Assembly: GCA_965279525.1 (NCBI GenBank)
Contig: CBDIIB010000002.1
Coordinates: 395,240-459,239, forward strand
Length of the DNA stretch: 64,000 nt
Direction: 5' to 3'
From: Tagaea sp.
GTDB lineage: Bacteria > Pseudomonadota > Alphaproteobacteria > CACIAM-22H2
In this document: positions 56,020-64,000 of the stretch, piece after piece
How the letters are laid out: each line of letters starts with the position of its first letter
Position numbering within the stretch: the first letter of the stretch is position 1
Translations under genes and position numbers: made by a program
The notes under the pieces: generated by a model
What the model saw: the letters and a program-made list of their open reading frames with translations, nothing else
What the model was told of the DNA's origin: nothing
The model's database searches: none

Positions 56020-57218
56020 TGGGTCGGATAGCCGGCCGACTTCAGGTCGGTCATCAGCTTCTCGCCCGCTTCGCGGTCCACGACCTCGACCATCGTCTCG
56101 ATCATCACGCTCTTGGCCGACTTCTCGGTGAAGATGCGCTGGTGCTCGATCTCGACGATGTTGCCGCCGGCCGTGCCGATGCGGTGGGCAAGATCGCCCA
56201 GTGCTCCCGGCTTGTCGGCGATGTCGATCGAAAGGCGCAAGAGCCGCCCGTCGCGCGCCAGCCCGCGCAGCAGCACGCTGGAGAGCACGCGCGTGTCGAT
56301 GTTGCCGCCGCACAGCACGAGGCCCACCTTGCGGCCCTTGAAACGGTCGGGATGGGCGAGCACGGCGGCAAGGCCGGCGGCACCCGCACCTTCGGCAACA
56401 GTCTTCTCGATTTCGATCAGCAGAACGATGGCGCGCTCGACCTCCAGCTCGTCGACGACCAGCACCTCGCGCACGTCGCGTTCGATCGTCGGCCAGCACA
56501 GCTTGCCGATGTCGGCGACGGCGATGCCCTCGGCGATGGTCGGGCCCCCGGTGTGCACGGCCTCGCCGGCCTTGCGCTGGGCGGCGGCGGCGAACGCCTC
56601 GACCTCGACCCCGTAGATGTCGATGGCGGGCTTGATCGCGCGCGCCGCGATCGTGCAGCCCGCGATCATGCCCCCGCCGCCGACCGGAACGACGAGGGCG
56701 TCAAGCTCCGGCACGTCGGCCAGCATCTCCTGGGCGAGCGTGCCTTGCCCCGCGATGATCGCGGGATCGTCATAGGGATGGACGAAGACGAGGTTCTCGC
56801 GCGCGGCCAGATCGCGCGCGAACGCGGCGGCTTCGGCCAGCGTGTCGCCTTCGAGGATGACGCGCGCACCATGATCGCGCGTGCGCGCGACCTTGGCGTT
56901 GGGCGTGGCCTTGGGCATCACGATGGTGGCGGCGATCCCGAGCCGCTTGGCGTGGTAGGCGACGGCCTGCGCGTGGTTGCCCGCCGACATCGCGATGACG
57001 CCGCGCCGGCGTTCGTCGGCGGTCAGCTGGGCGAGCTTGTTGAGCGCACCGCGTTCCTTGAACGAGGCGACGAACTGGTGGTTCTCGAACTTGATCCAGA
57101 TCTCGGCGCCGGCGATCTCCGACAGCGTGCCCGAGCGCAGCGTGGGCGTGCGCAGCACGTGGCCCTTGATGCGCGCGGCGGCTTCATCGATATCGCGGGC
57201 GGTGACGGCCATGGTCAT
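56010..57218 (-). CDS. Threonine dehydratase with a single C-terminal ACT domain
   Basis: KFENHQFVASFKERGA (PLP Lys), SAGNHAQ, PVGGGG, EGAGA, GGNID, ACT motif DKPGALG. Confidence 0.92.
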   Translation of the reverse strand: MTMAVTARDIDEAAARIKGHVLRTPTLRSGTLSEIAGAEIWIKFENHQFVASFKERGALNKLAQLTADERRRGVIAMSAGNHAQAVAYHAKRLGIAATIVMPKATPNAKVARTRDHGARVILEGDTLAEAAAFARDLAARENLVFVHPYDDPAIIAGQGTLAQEMLADVPELDALVVPVGGGGMIAGCTIAARAIKPAIDIYGVEVEAFAAAAQRKAGEAVHTGGPTIAEGIAVADIGKLCWPTIERDVREVLVVDELEVERAIVLLIEIEKTVAEGAGAAGLAAVLAHPDRFKGRKVGLVLCGGNIDTRVLSSVLLRGLARDGRLLRLSIDIADKPGALGDLAHRIGTAGGNIVEIEHQRIFTEKSAKSVMIETMVEVVDREAGEKLMTDLKSAGYPTQPL

Positions 57219-58642
57219 TTGCGTCCGTAGCTGTCTTCGAGCCGCACGATGTCGTCCTCGCCCAGATAGCCGCCCGACTGCACCTCGACGATGCGCAAGG
57301 GATCGTCGCCGACATTCTCCAGCCGGTGCACGCAGCCGACGGGGATGTAGACCGACATGTTCTCGCGCAGCATCAGCACGTCTTCGTCGCGCGTGACGCG
57401 CGCGTGCCCGCTGACGACGACCCAGTGCTCGGCGCGCTTTGCGTGTTTCTGCAGCGAGATCTTCGCCCCCGGCTTCACCATGATGTGCTTGACCTGGTGG
57501 CGCGGCCCCAGATCGACGGTCTGGTAGGTGCCCCACGGACGGTAGACGACGGGATGCGCCGTGGCTTCCGGGCGGCCTTCGGCCTTCAGCCGGTCGACGA
57601 TCTTCTTGACGTCCTGCGCGCGGTCCTTGCTCGCGACCATCACGACGTCCTTGGTCGCGACGACGATCAGGTTGTCGACGCCGACGGTGGCGACGAGCCT
57701 GTCTTCGCTGCGCAGGTACGAGTTCGTCGTGTCGGCCGCCACGACGTCGCCCTCGACGACGTTGCCGTCGCCGTCGCGCGTCCCCAGTTCCCACAGCGCG
57801 TTCCACGCCCCCACGTCCGACCAGCCGAGGGAAGCCGGCACCACGGCCGAGCGCTTCGTGCGTTCCATCACCGCATAGTCGATCGATTTCGACGGGGCCT
57901 TGGCGAACGCGTCCTTGTCGAGGCGCACGAAATCGAGATCGCGCGTGGCCTTGGCAAGCGCTTCGCGCACGGCCGCGTCGATCGCCGGCTCGAAGGCGGC
58001 AAGCTCGGAAAGGAACGTGCCGGCGCCGAACAGGAACATGCCGGAGTTCCACGCCCAGCCGCCTTGCGCGAGGTAGCCTTCGGCGGTGGCAAGATCCGGC
58101 TTCTCGACGAAGCGTTCGACCGCGAAGGCGCCGTCGATGCCGGCAAGGGCGGCGCCGCTGCGGATATAGCCGTAGCCGGTCTCGGGTGCCTGCGGTTCGA
58201 TGCCGAACGTGACGAGCTTGCCGGCGGCGACCGCCCGGCGCGCGGTCGCGACGGCGGCGGCGAAGGCGGCTTCGTCGCGCACGACATGGTCGGACGGGAG
58301 CAGCATCATCGTCTCGCCCGCGTCGAGCAGGCGCGCGGCGGCGGCGGCGGCGGCGGCCGTGTTGCGGCCCACGGGCTCGAGCAGGATGGCGCGCGGTGCG
58401 ATGCCGATGGCGCGCAGCTGCTCGGCGATGATGAAGCGGTGTTCCTCGTTGCACACGATGATGGGCGCCCCGAACGGGGCTGCGGCCACGCGCGCGGCCG
58501 TGTCCTGGATCATCGTGCGCGGCCCGGCCAAAGCGAGGAGCTGCTTTGGATAGAGCTCGCGCGACAGCGGCCACAGCCGCGTGCCGGAACCCCCGGAGAG
58601 GATGACGGGCACGACCGGCCCGGAAGACACTACCATCGTCAT
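57215..58642 (-). CDS. manC: Mannose-1-phosphate guanylyltransferase / mannose-6-phosphate isomerase
   Basis: ILSGGSGTRLWPLSRELYPKQ, LEPVGRNTA, PETGYGYI, WNSGMF, SIDYAVME, RPWG, RAEHWVVV, EVQSG. Confidence 0.95.
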   Translation of the reverse strand: MTMVVSSGPVVPVILSGGSGTRLWPLSRELYPKQLLALAGPRTMIQDTAARVAAAPFGAPIIVCNEEHRFIIAEQLRAIGIAPRAILLEPVGRNTAAAAAAAARLLDAGETMMLLPSDHVVRDEAAFAAAVATARRAVAAGKLVTFGIEPQAPETGYGYIRSGAALAGIDGAFAVERFVEKPDLATAEGYLAQGGWAWNSGMFLFGAGTFLSELAAFEPAIDAAVREALAKATRDLDFVRLDKDAFAKAPSKSIDYAVMERTKRSAVVPASLGWSDVGAWNALWELGTRDGDGNVVEGDVVAADTTNSYLRSEDRLVATVGVDNLIVVATKDVVMVASKDRAQDVKKIVDRLKAEGRPEATAHPVVYRPWGTYQTVDLGPRHQVKHIMVKPGAKISLQKHAKRAEHWVVVSGHARVTRDEDVLMLRENMSVYIPVGCVHRLENVGDDPLRIVEVQSGGYLGEDDIVRLEDSYGRK

Positions 58643-58705
58643 TGCTCCTGCAACCTCAAGCCCTTGCTAGCCCATTCCGGTATCGGATGCCAGCGTGCGG
58701 GAGAA

Positions 58706-58719
58706 TTGACCTGGATCAT
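58706..58719. promoter_or_regulatory. FNR/FixK-type box
   Basis: TTGAC-CTGG-ATCAT versus consensus TTGAT-N4-ATCAA, 57 nt upstream of the USP start. Confidence 0.55.
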
Positions 58720-58776
58720 GGCGCGGGCAAGGCGGCGGGGCCACGATCCGGACGTCATTCCCCGAAGGAGAACGCC

Positions 58777-59646
58777 ATGTGCCCGACAGCCACTCTCGAA
58801 AAGGCGAACCTCGTCGCGTCCGGTGAAGGCATCCGGGACATCGTCGTCCAGATCGACGATGCGCCGGGATCGGATACGTGCCTTGCCTTCGCGGCCGCCT
58901 TCGCGCGCCGCCACGGCGCCCATCTGGTCGCCCTCATGGTCCAGCTTGCGCCGCAGATGCCCGGCCGCGTGCGCGCCGAGGTCGGCGAACTGGTGCTCGA
59001 CGCATGGCGCAAACACGCGGCCGTGCGGGCGCAGGCCATGGCGGACACGGTCGCCGCCGTCGGCCGGGCCGAGGGCATCGACATCGAGTTCCGCGCCGTC
59101 GAGGGCCTTCCGGAGGAGATGCTGATGGCCCATGCGCGCCACGTCGACCTGACGATCCTCGGCCAGGCGTCCGGCGACGCGGCGGCGGACCAGGCGCGGA
59201 CCATCGAGGCGCTGCTGTTCGGCTCGGGCCGGCCGATCCTGCTGCTGCCGTCGGTCGGGACGTACAAGACCGAGCTTCGCCACATCCTGTGCGCGTGGAA
59301 CGCCAGCCGCGAGGCCACGCGCGCCTTGGCCGACGCGATGCCGCTGCTGCGCCGGGCCGAGCATGTCACGGTCCTGTCGGCTGACCCGCCGGGTGCCGCA
59401 CATCGCGACGCGGGCGCCGACATCGCGCTTCATCTCGCGCGCCACGGCGTCAACGTGCGCACGAGCCCGACCTACTCCGGCGACCTGACGGTCGGCGACG
59501 CGCTGCTGAACCGGGCCGCCGATCTGGGTGCGGACCTGCTGGTGATGGGTGGCTACGGCCACAGCCGCACGCGCGAGGCGATCTTCGGCGGCGCCACGCG
59601 CCACGTCCTCGACCACATGACGCTGCCGGTGCTGATGTCGCATTAG
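58777..59646 (+). CDS. Universal stress protein (tandem USP domains)
   Basis: DIVVQID, SGRPILLLP, AWNASREATRALADA, ADLLVMGGYGHSR...FGGATR...PVLMSH; AAGGAG RBS. Confidence 0.93.
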   Translation: MCPTATLEKANLVASGEGIRDIVVQIDDAPGSDTCLAFAAAFARRHGAHLVALMVQLAPQMPGRVRAEVGELVLDAWRKHAAVRAQAMADTVAAVGRAEGIDIEFRAVEGLPEEMLMAHARHVDLTILGQASGDAAADQARTIEALLFGSGRPILLLPSVGTYKTELRHILCAWNASREATRALADAMPLLRRAEHVTVLSADPPGAAHRDAGADIALHLARHGVNVRTSPTYSGDLTVGDALLNRAADLGADLLVMGGYGHSRTREAIFGGATRHVLDHMTLPVLMSH

Positions 59647-60479
59647 CGGCGCGGGTCGAGCCGGTCCTGCAGCACGTCGGCGACGAGGTTGATCGCCGCG
59701 ACCGTCAGCAGGATCGCGAGGCCCGGCCACAGCGCCAGCCACGGCGCCTGCCAGATCGTCTCCTGGGCGCCGGTCAGCATGTTGCCCCAGCTCGGCAGCG
59801 GCGGCTGGATGCCAAGGCCGAGGAACGACAGCACGCTCTCGAACAGGATCGTGCCGCCAACGGCAAGGGCGGTCGCCACGAGGATGGGGGCGGCACAGTT
59901 GGGCAGGATGTGCGCTAGCACGATGCGCGACGGCGAGGCACCCAGCGCTTGCGCCGCGCGCACGAAATCGCGCGCGCGCAAGGCGAGCGTGGCGGCGCGC
60001 ACGAGGCGCGCGACCTTGGGCCAGCCGAACGCCGCGACGATGGCGACGATCCGCCACAGCCCGGCGGCGTCGGCATCGGGAAGGCCCAGCTTTGCGGGAT
60101 CGACCGCCGCCAGCACGATCAGGACCGGCAACACCGGCAACGACAGCACGGCATCGGTCACGCGCATCAGCACCGCGTCCACGCGCCCGCCGGCATAGCC
60201 CGAGACAAGGCCGATCGCCGTGCCGAGGCTCGCGGCGGCGAGTGCGGCGGCGATGCCGACGGTGAGCGACACGCGCGCACCGAACGCAAGGCGCATGGCC
60301 ACGTCGCGGCCAAGTTCGTCGGTGCCCAGCGGGTGCGCAAGGCTCGGGGGCGCATAACGCTGCATGAGATCCACGGCCCCTTCGTCGTAGCCGGTCGCCG
60401 CGGCTAGCAGCGGGGCGAACAGGGCGGCCAGCAGGGCCGGCAGCAGGATCGCGGCGGCGAAGGCAATGCGTGGGTTCAT
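59643..60479 (-). CDS. ABC transporter permease (OppC-like)
   Basis: [42 protein letters not shown]. Confidence 0.92.
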   Translation of the reverse strand: MNPRIAFAAAILLPALLAALFAPLLAAATGYDEGAVDLMQRYAPPSLAHPLGTDELGRDVAMRLAFGARVSLTVGIAAALAAASLGTAIGLVSGYAGGRVDAVLMRVTDAVLSLPVLPVLIVLAAVDPAKLGLPDADAAGLWRIVAIVAAFGWPKVARLVRAATLALRARDFVRAAQALGASPSRIVLAHILPNCAAPILVATALAVGGTILFESVLSFLGLGIQPPLPSWGNMLTGAQETIWQAPWLALWPGLAILLTVAAINLVADVLQDRLDPRR

Positions 60480-61447
60480 GTGTCGCCGCCGCCGCGCGCG
60501 AAACCGATGCGCGGATCGAGGGCCGCATAGACGAGATCGGCCGCGAAGTTCGCAAGGATGACGAGCAGGGCCGCCATCAGCAGGCAGGCGAGGGCGAGGT
60601 TGAAGTCGCTGGCGAGGATCGCGTCGTAGATGAGCTTGCCCATGCCCGGATAGGCGAAGATCGTCTCGGTGACGAGGGCACCGGAGAAGAGCCCGCCGAA
60701 GCCGAGTGCGGCCACCGTCGCGACCGGGACCAGCGCGTTGCGCAGCACGTGGCCGACGAGCACGCGGCGCTCGGACGCCCCCTTGGCCCGCGCGGTACGG
60801 ATCCAGTCCTGCGCCAGCGCTTCGCTCGCCGCCGCGCGCATGTGGCGCGCATATTCGCCCGCCTCGACGAGCGCGAGTGTGGCGACCGGCAGGATGAGGG
60901 CCTGCAGGTGCTGCCAGAGGCCGTCCTCGCCGGGCGGGGGCAGGGCGCTTGCCGGCAGCCAGCCCAGCACGACCGCGAACAGCACGATCATCAAAAGGCC
61001 GAGCCAGAAGGTGGGCACCGCCGCCGACACGAAGGCAAAGCCGTTGATCGCCGCATCGAGCCAGCCGCCGCGGCGTGCCGCCGCCAGCAGCCCGAGCGGC
61101 AGGCCGATGGCGAGTGCCAGTATGAACGACGCGAGCATCAGCGCCGCCGTGTTGGCGAGATAGGGGCCCACGGTGGCGAGCACGGGCCTCGAGAAGATGC
61201 GGCTGTAGCCGAGATCGCCGTGCAGCAGGGCCACGAGCCAGTCGAAATAGCGTGCGGCAAGCGGCCGGTCGAGGCCGTGCAGTTCGCGCAGGCGCCTGAT
61301 GTCGTCGGGCGTGATGTTGGGGTTGCCCGAGGCCATCAGGTCGATGGGATCGCCGGGCATCAGCCCCAGCAGCATGTAGATCGCGAAGCTTGCCGCGAGC
61401 AGCACGAGCAGGCCCTGCAACGCGCGCTGGCCTGCATGCCGGATCAT
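60476..61447 (-). CDS. ABC transporter permease (OppB-like)
   Basis: MPGDP, GLDRPL, WIRTARAKGA, ETIFAYPGMG, LDPRI. Confidence 0.92.
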   Translation of the reverse strand: MIRHAGQRALQGLLVLLAASFAIYMLLGLMPGDPIDLMASGNPNITPDDIRRLRELHGLDRPLAARYFDWLVALLHGDLGYSRIFSRPVLATVGPYLANTAALMLASFILALAIGLPLGLLAAARRGGWLDAAINGFAFVSAAVPTFWLGLLMIVLFAVVLGWLPASALPPPGEDGLWQHLQALILPVATLALVEAGEYARHMRAAASEALAQDWIRTARAKGASERRVLVGHVLRNALVPVATVAALGFGGLFSGALVTETIFAYPGMGKLIYDAILASDFNLALACLLMAALLVILANFAADLVYAALDPRIGFARGGGDT

Positions 61448-63096
61448 CGCGGGCGCCAGTGCTCGACGCGCAGCGTCGAATAATACTGGTGGCCCGTGGG
61501 CTCGATGCCGACGAGCCATTTGGGCACCACGAACGGATCGGAGCGGTAATAGAGCGGCAGCACCCATGCCTCCTCGGCATAGAGGGCCTGCATGCGCGCC
61601 CAGATGATCTTGCGCGCCGCCGGATCGAGCTCGCGCTCGACCGTGTCGATGGCCGCATCCATCGTGTCGCTGCGGATGCCTGGCTGGTTCTGCCCGGCCC
61701 AGCCGTTCGCTTCGGTCGGAATGCTCTCGGAATGCAGCGTCGTGCGCGGCACCGCTTCGGGCGAGGAGAACCACGCGTACATCGCCATCTGGAAGCGGCG
61801 CTGGCGCAGCGTCTCGCCGAAATAGACGCGCGCGGGTTCGTTGCGGATGCGCACGTCGACGCCGGCACGCTTCCACTGGCTCTGCAGCACCTGCTGCACG
61901 GTCTCGCGGATGCGGTTGCCGGCGGTGGTGCCGAACTCGAACGAAAGCCGCTCGCCGGCCGCGTTCTGGCGCACGCCGTCGACGATCCTGTCGTAGCCGG
62001 CGGCGGCAAGCAGCGCCTGGGCGCGCGAAAGGTCGAACGGCCAGGCGGGCGTGTCGGGCGCATAGATCGAATCGCGCGGATTGACGAACGAGCGCGCGAC
62101 CGGCTGCTTGCCTTCGAAAAGCTGGCGCACCAGCCCTTCGCGGTCGAGGGCCAGCAGCAGCGCCTGGCGCACGCGCCTGTCCTTGAACGCGGGGACTTCC
62201 TGGTTGAGGTCGACATGCTCGTACAGCAGGCTCGGCACGTAGGTGAAATCGAAGCGCGCGGCCTGCCGCTTTTCCAGCGCCAGCGCCTGGTCGAGCGTGA
62301 AGCCGAGCTCGCCCGCCACATAGTCGATGCTGCCCGACAGCAGGTTGGCTTCCATCGCGGCCGTGTTCTCGACCACGCGCACGACGATGCGCCGGAAATG
62401 CGGCTTCGGGCCATGCCAGTGCGCGTTGGGTTCGAGTGTTATCGAAGCGCCCGGCTGCACGGCCACGATGCGGTAGGGGCCGTTGGCAAGGGCCGGGTTC
62501 GCGGGCTCGGTGTCGTAGGCGGTGCGCCGGCGGTAGGTCTCGGGATCGGACTCGAACCGCGCGCGCTCGACATGGTCGGGCAGCAGGTCGAACTGGCTGA
62601 AATCGTTGTAGCTGAACGTCACGCGGTCGTTGGTGAACACGATTGTCTTGTCGTCCGGCGTCTCCACTTTCAGGATCCGCCGGTAGCCTTCGCCGCTGGC
62701 CACGCCCGAGCGCGGATGGCGGCCGACGTCCCAGGCGAGCACCGCGTCCTTCGCGACGACCGGCCTGCCGTCGCCCCACTTGGCGTCCGGATGGATGCGG
62801 AAGGTGACTTCAGCGCCCTCTTTGCCGCCTTCCAGCGCCACGCGCTTCGCCCCGCCGTTCTCGAAGGTCGGCAGCCCGACGCACATGAGGCAGACGAGCT
62901 TCCAGTCCTTGTCGTAGGTGGTGAGCGGCCGGCGCGCCATGCCGAGCACGTAGCTCTTGGCCGCCATCGAATCGATCATCGGATGGAGCGTGGCCGGGAA
63001 CTGCGTGATGCCGATCGTGAGCGTGTCGCGGACCTGCGCTTGCGCCGTGCCCGCAAGGGCGAGGAGGGCGGCGGCGAGGAACGCGACGGGGCGCAT
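61444..63096 (-). CDS. Peptide ABC transporter substrate-binding protein (family 5)
   Basis: Signal peptide, TLTIGITQFPATLHP, AKWGDG, NGPY, FKDRRVRQAL. Confidence 0.92.
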   Translation of the reverse strand: MRPVAFLAAALLALAGTAQAQVRDTLTIGITQFPATLHPMIDSMAAKSYVLGMARRPLTTYDKDWKLVCLMCVGLPTFENGGAKRVALEGGKEGAEVTFRIHPDAKWGDGRPVVAKDAVLAWDVGRHPRSGVASGEGYRRILKVETPDDKTIVFTNDRVTFSYNDFSQFDLLPDHVERARFESDPETYRRRTAYDTEPANPALANGPYRIVAVQPGASITLEPNAHWHGPKPHFRRIVVRVVENTAAMEANLLSGSIDYVAGELGFTLDQALALEKRQAARFDFTYVPSLLYEHVDLNQEVPAFKDRRVRQALLLALDREGLVRQLFEGKQPVARSFVNPRDSIYAPDTPAWPFDLSRAQALLAAAGYDRIVDGVRQNAAGERLSFEFGTTAGNRIRETVQQVLQSQWKRAGVDVRIRNEPARVYFGETLRQRRFQMAMYAWFSSPEAVPRTTLHSESIPTEANGWAGQNQPGIRSDTMDAAIDTVERELDPAARKIIWARMQALYAEEAWVLPLYYRSDPFVVPKWLVGIEPTGHQYYSTLRVEHWRPR

Positions 63097-63101
63097 CGGG
63101 G

Positions 63102-63785
63102 CTATGCTTCCTTCTTGGTGCCGTCGCCGCCGCCGTGCGCCAGCGACCACTTCACGGGTGCCTCGAGGAACCTGCGCACCTCGGCAAGATCGGAAGCACT
63201 ATAGGCTTTCTGCTTCTCCGTCTCCTTCAGCACGTCCCACCAGGTGGCAAGTGCATGCAGGTCGACGCCCTCGGCCTTCAGCCCGGCGATGGCCTCGGGG
63301 AAGATGCCGTAGTGGAACACGACGAAGGCGTGCGCGACTTTCGCACCGGCCTTGCGCAGCCCATTGACGAACAGCATCTTCGAGCCGCCGTCGGTCGCGA
63401 GATCCTCGACCAGCAGCACGTTCTGGCCTTCGGCAAGGTCGCCCTCGATCATCGCGTTCATGCCGTAGCCCTTGGGCTTCTTGCGCACGTAGAGCATCGG
63501 CAGCTCGAGCCGCTCGGCGATCCACGCGGCATAGGGGATGCCGGCGGTCTCGCCGCCGGCGACCGCGTCGATGCCGGCGAAGCCGACCTTGCGCTCGATC
63601 GTGGTGACGGCCATGTCCATCAGCTTGTTGCGCGCGCGCGGGAAGCTGATCAGCTTGCGGCAGTTGCAGTAGGTAGGGCTGGCGAGGCCGGATGCGAAGA
63701 TATAGGGCTTCGTCGCGTTGAACTGGATCGCCCGGGTCTCGATCAGGATGCGCGCGGTCGTCTCGGCGATCTCTTCAGGCGACAT
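63102..63785 (-). CDS. pyrE: Orotate phosphoribosyltransferase
   Basis: [43 protein letters not shown] motif [12 protein letters not shown]; AAGGAG RBS. Confidence 0.93.
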   Translation of the reverse strand: MSPEEIAETTARILIETRAIQFNATKPYIFASGLASPTYCNCRKLISFPRARNKLMDMAVTTIERKVGFAGIDAVAGGETAGIPYAAWIAERLELPMLYVRKKPKGYGMNAMIEGDLAEGQNVLLVEDLATDGGSKMLFVNGLRKAGAKVAHAFVVFHYGIFPEAIAGLKAEGVDLHALATWWDVLKETEKQKAYSASDLAEVRRFLEAPVKWSLAHGGGDGTKKEA

Positions 63786-63815
63786 GGAAGCTCCTTGGAA
63801 TGACACGATTTCCCG

Positions 63816-63844
63816 GTTGTAGGCGGCCCCCGGCAGGGCCGCAA
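63816..63844 (-). promoter_or_regulatory. Sigma70-type promoter of pyrE
   Basis: Minus strand TTGCGG-N17-TACAAC. Confidence 0.5.
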
Positions 63845-63960
63845 GAGTGTCCGGCAGCGGATTCCCATACCGCAGATCGACGGCAAATATTACCGGTCTT
63901 CGACCGGGATCGGCACCCTGGCCCGGCAGAAACTGCAGGCCCCGGGCCGTCTGGCCGTCG

Positions 63961-63977
63961 TATGTAACTGTTACATA
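63961..63977. promoter_or_regulatory. Perfect palindromic operator candidate
   Basis: TATGTAAC-T-GTTACATA, 8-bp perfect inverted repeat in an AT-rich patch. Confidence 0.6.
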
Positions 63978-64000
63978 ACGATAAAATTTACGGCACGGCG

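Noticed and set aside
58330-58362. GCG triplet run
   Set aside because: Encodes a poly-Ala stretch inside manC (NTAAAAAAAAR); ordinary low complexity.
56010-62779. Extended ORFs of 854, 923 and 767 aa over the dehydratase and permeases
   Set aside because: Stop-free alternative frames of the upstream genes; true starts at 57218, 60479 and 61447 coincide with 4-nt overlaps.

Overview
GC-rich, gene-dense chromosomal segment of an alphaproteobacterium, probably Rhodospirillales-like (inferred from the CheA-CheW-CheW-REC hybrid kinase, the alpha-type CheZ, a HemA ALA synthase and CtrA-like boxes). I call about 60 CDS and see no rRNA, tRNA, CRISPR array, integrase or transposase. In order: (i) a LysR-regulated quinate/shikimate to protocatechuate operon (QuiC1-type fusion, BKACE, pcaHG); (ii) an IclR-headed catabolic operon of unknown substrate (cupin, four SDRs, HpcH aldolase, TctCBA, Fsr-type MFS); (iii) a sigma54-type peptide/opine ABC operon with two binding proteins; (iv) cytochrome c2, an MCP, a cysteine dioxygenase-Prx6 pair, pxpBCA, HutD-like, and an amidase coupled to a 63-aa partner; (v) a DEAD-box helicase, P450 and a membrane-anchored TAXI protein; (vi) an incomplete chemotaxis locus (cheA hybrid, cheW, PAS-only protein, unknown 372-aa protein, cheZ); (vii) a same-strand run of aminotransferase, hemA, lipoprotein, GS-like gamma-glutamyl ligase, ALDH and Fe-ADH; (viii) a Dpp-type ABC operon, threonine dehydratase, manC, a USP with an FNR-like box, an ATPase-less ABC cluster and pyrE. 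The best leads are the unknown protein behind cheZ, the gamma-glutamyl amine pathway interleaved with hemA, the small-protein/amidase pair and the orphan IclR pathway. All functional calls come from motif recognition by eye; no database searches were run.
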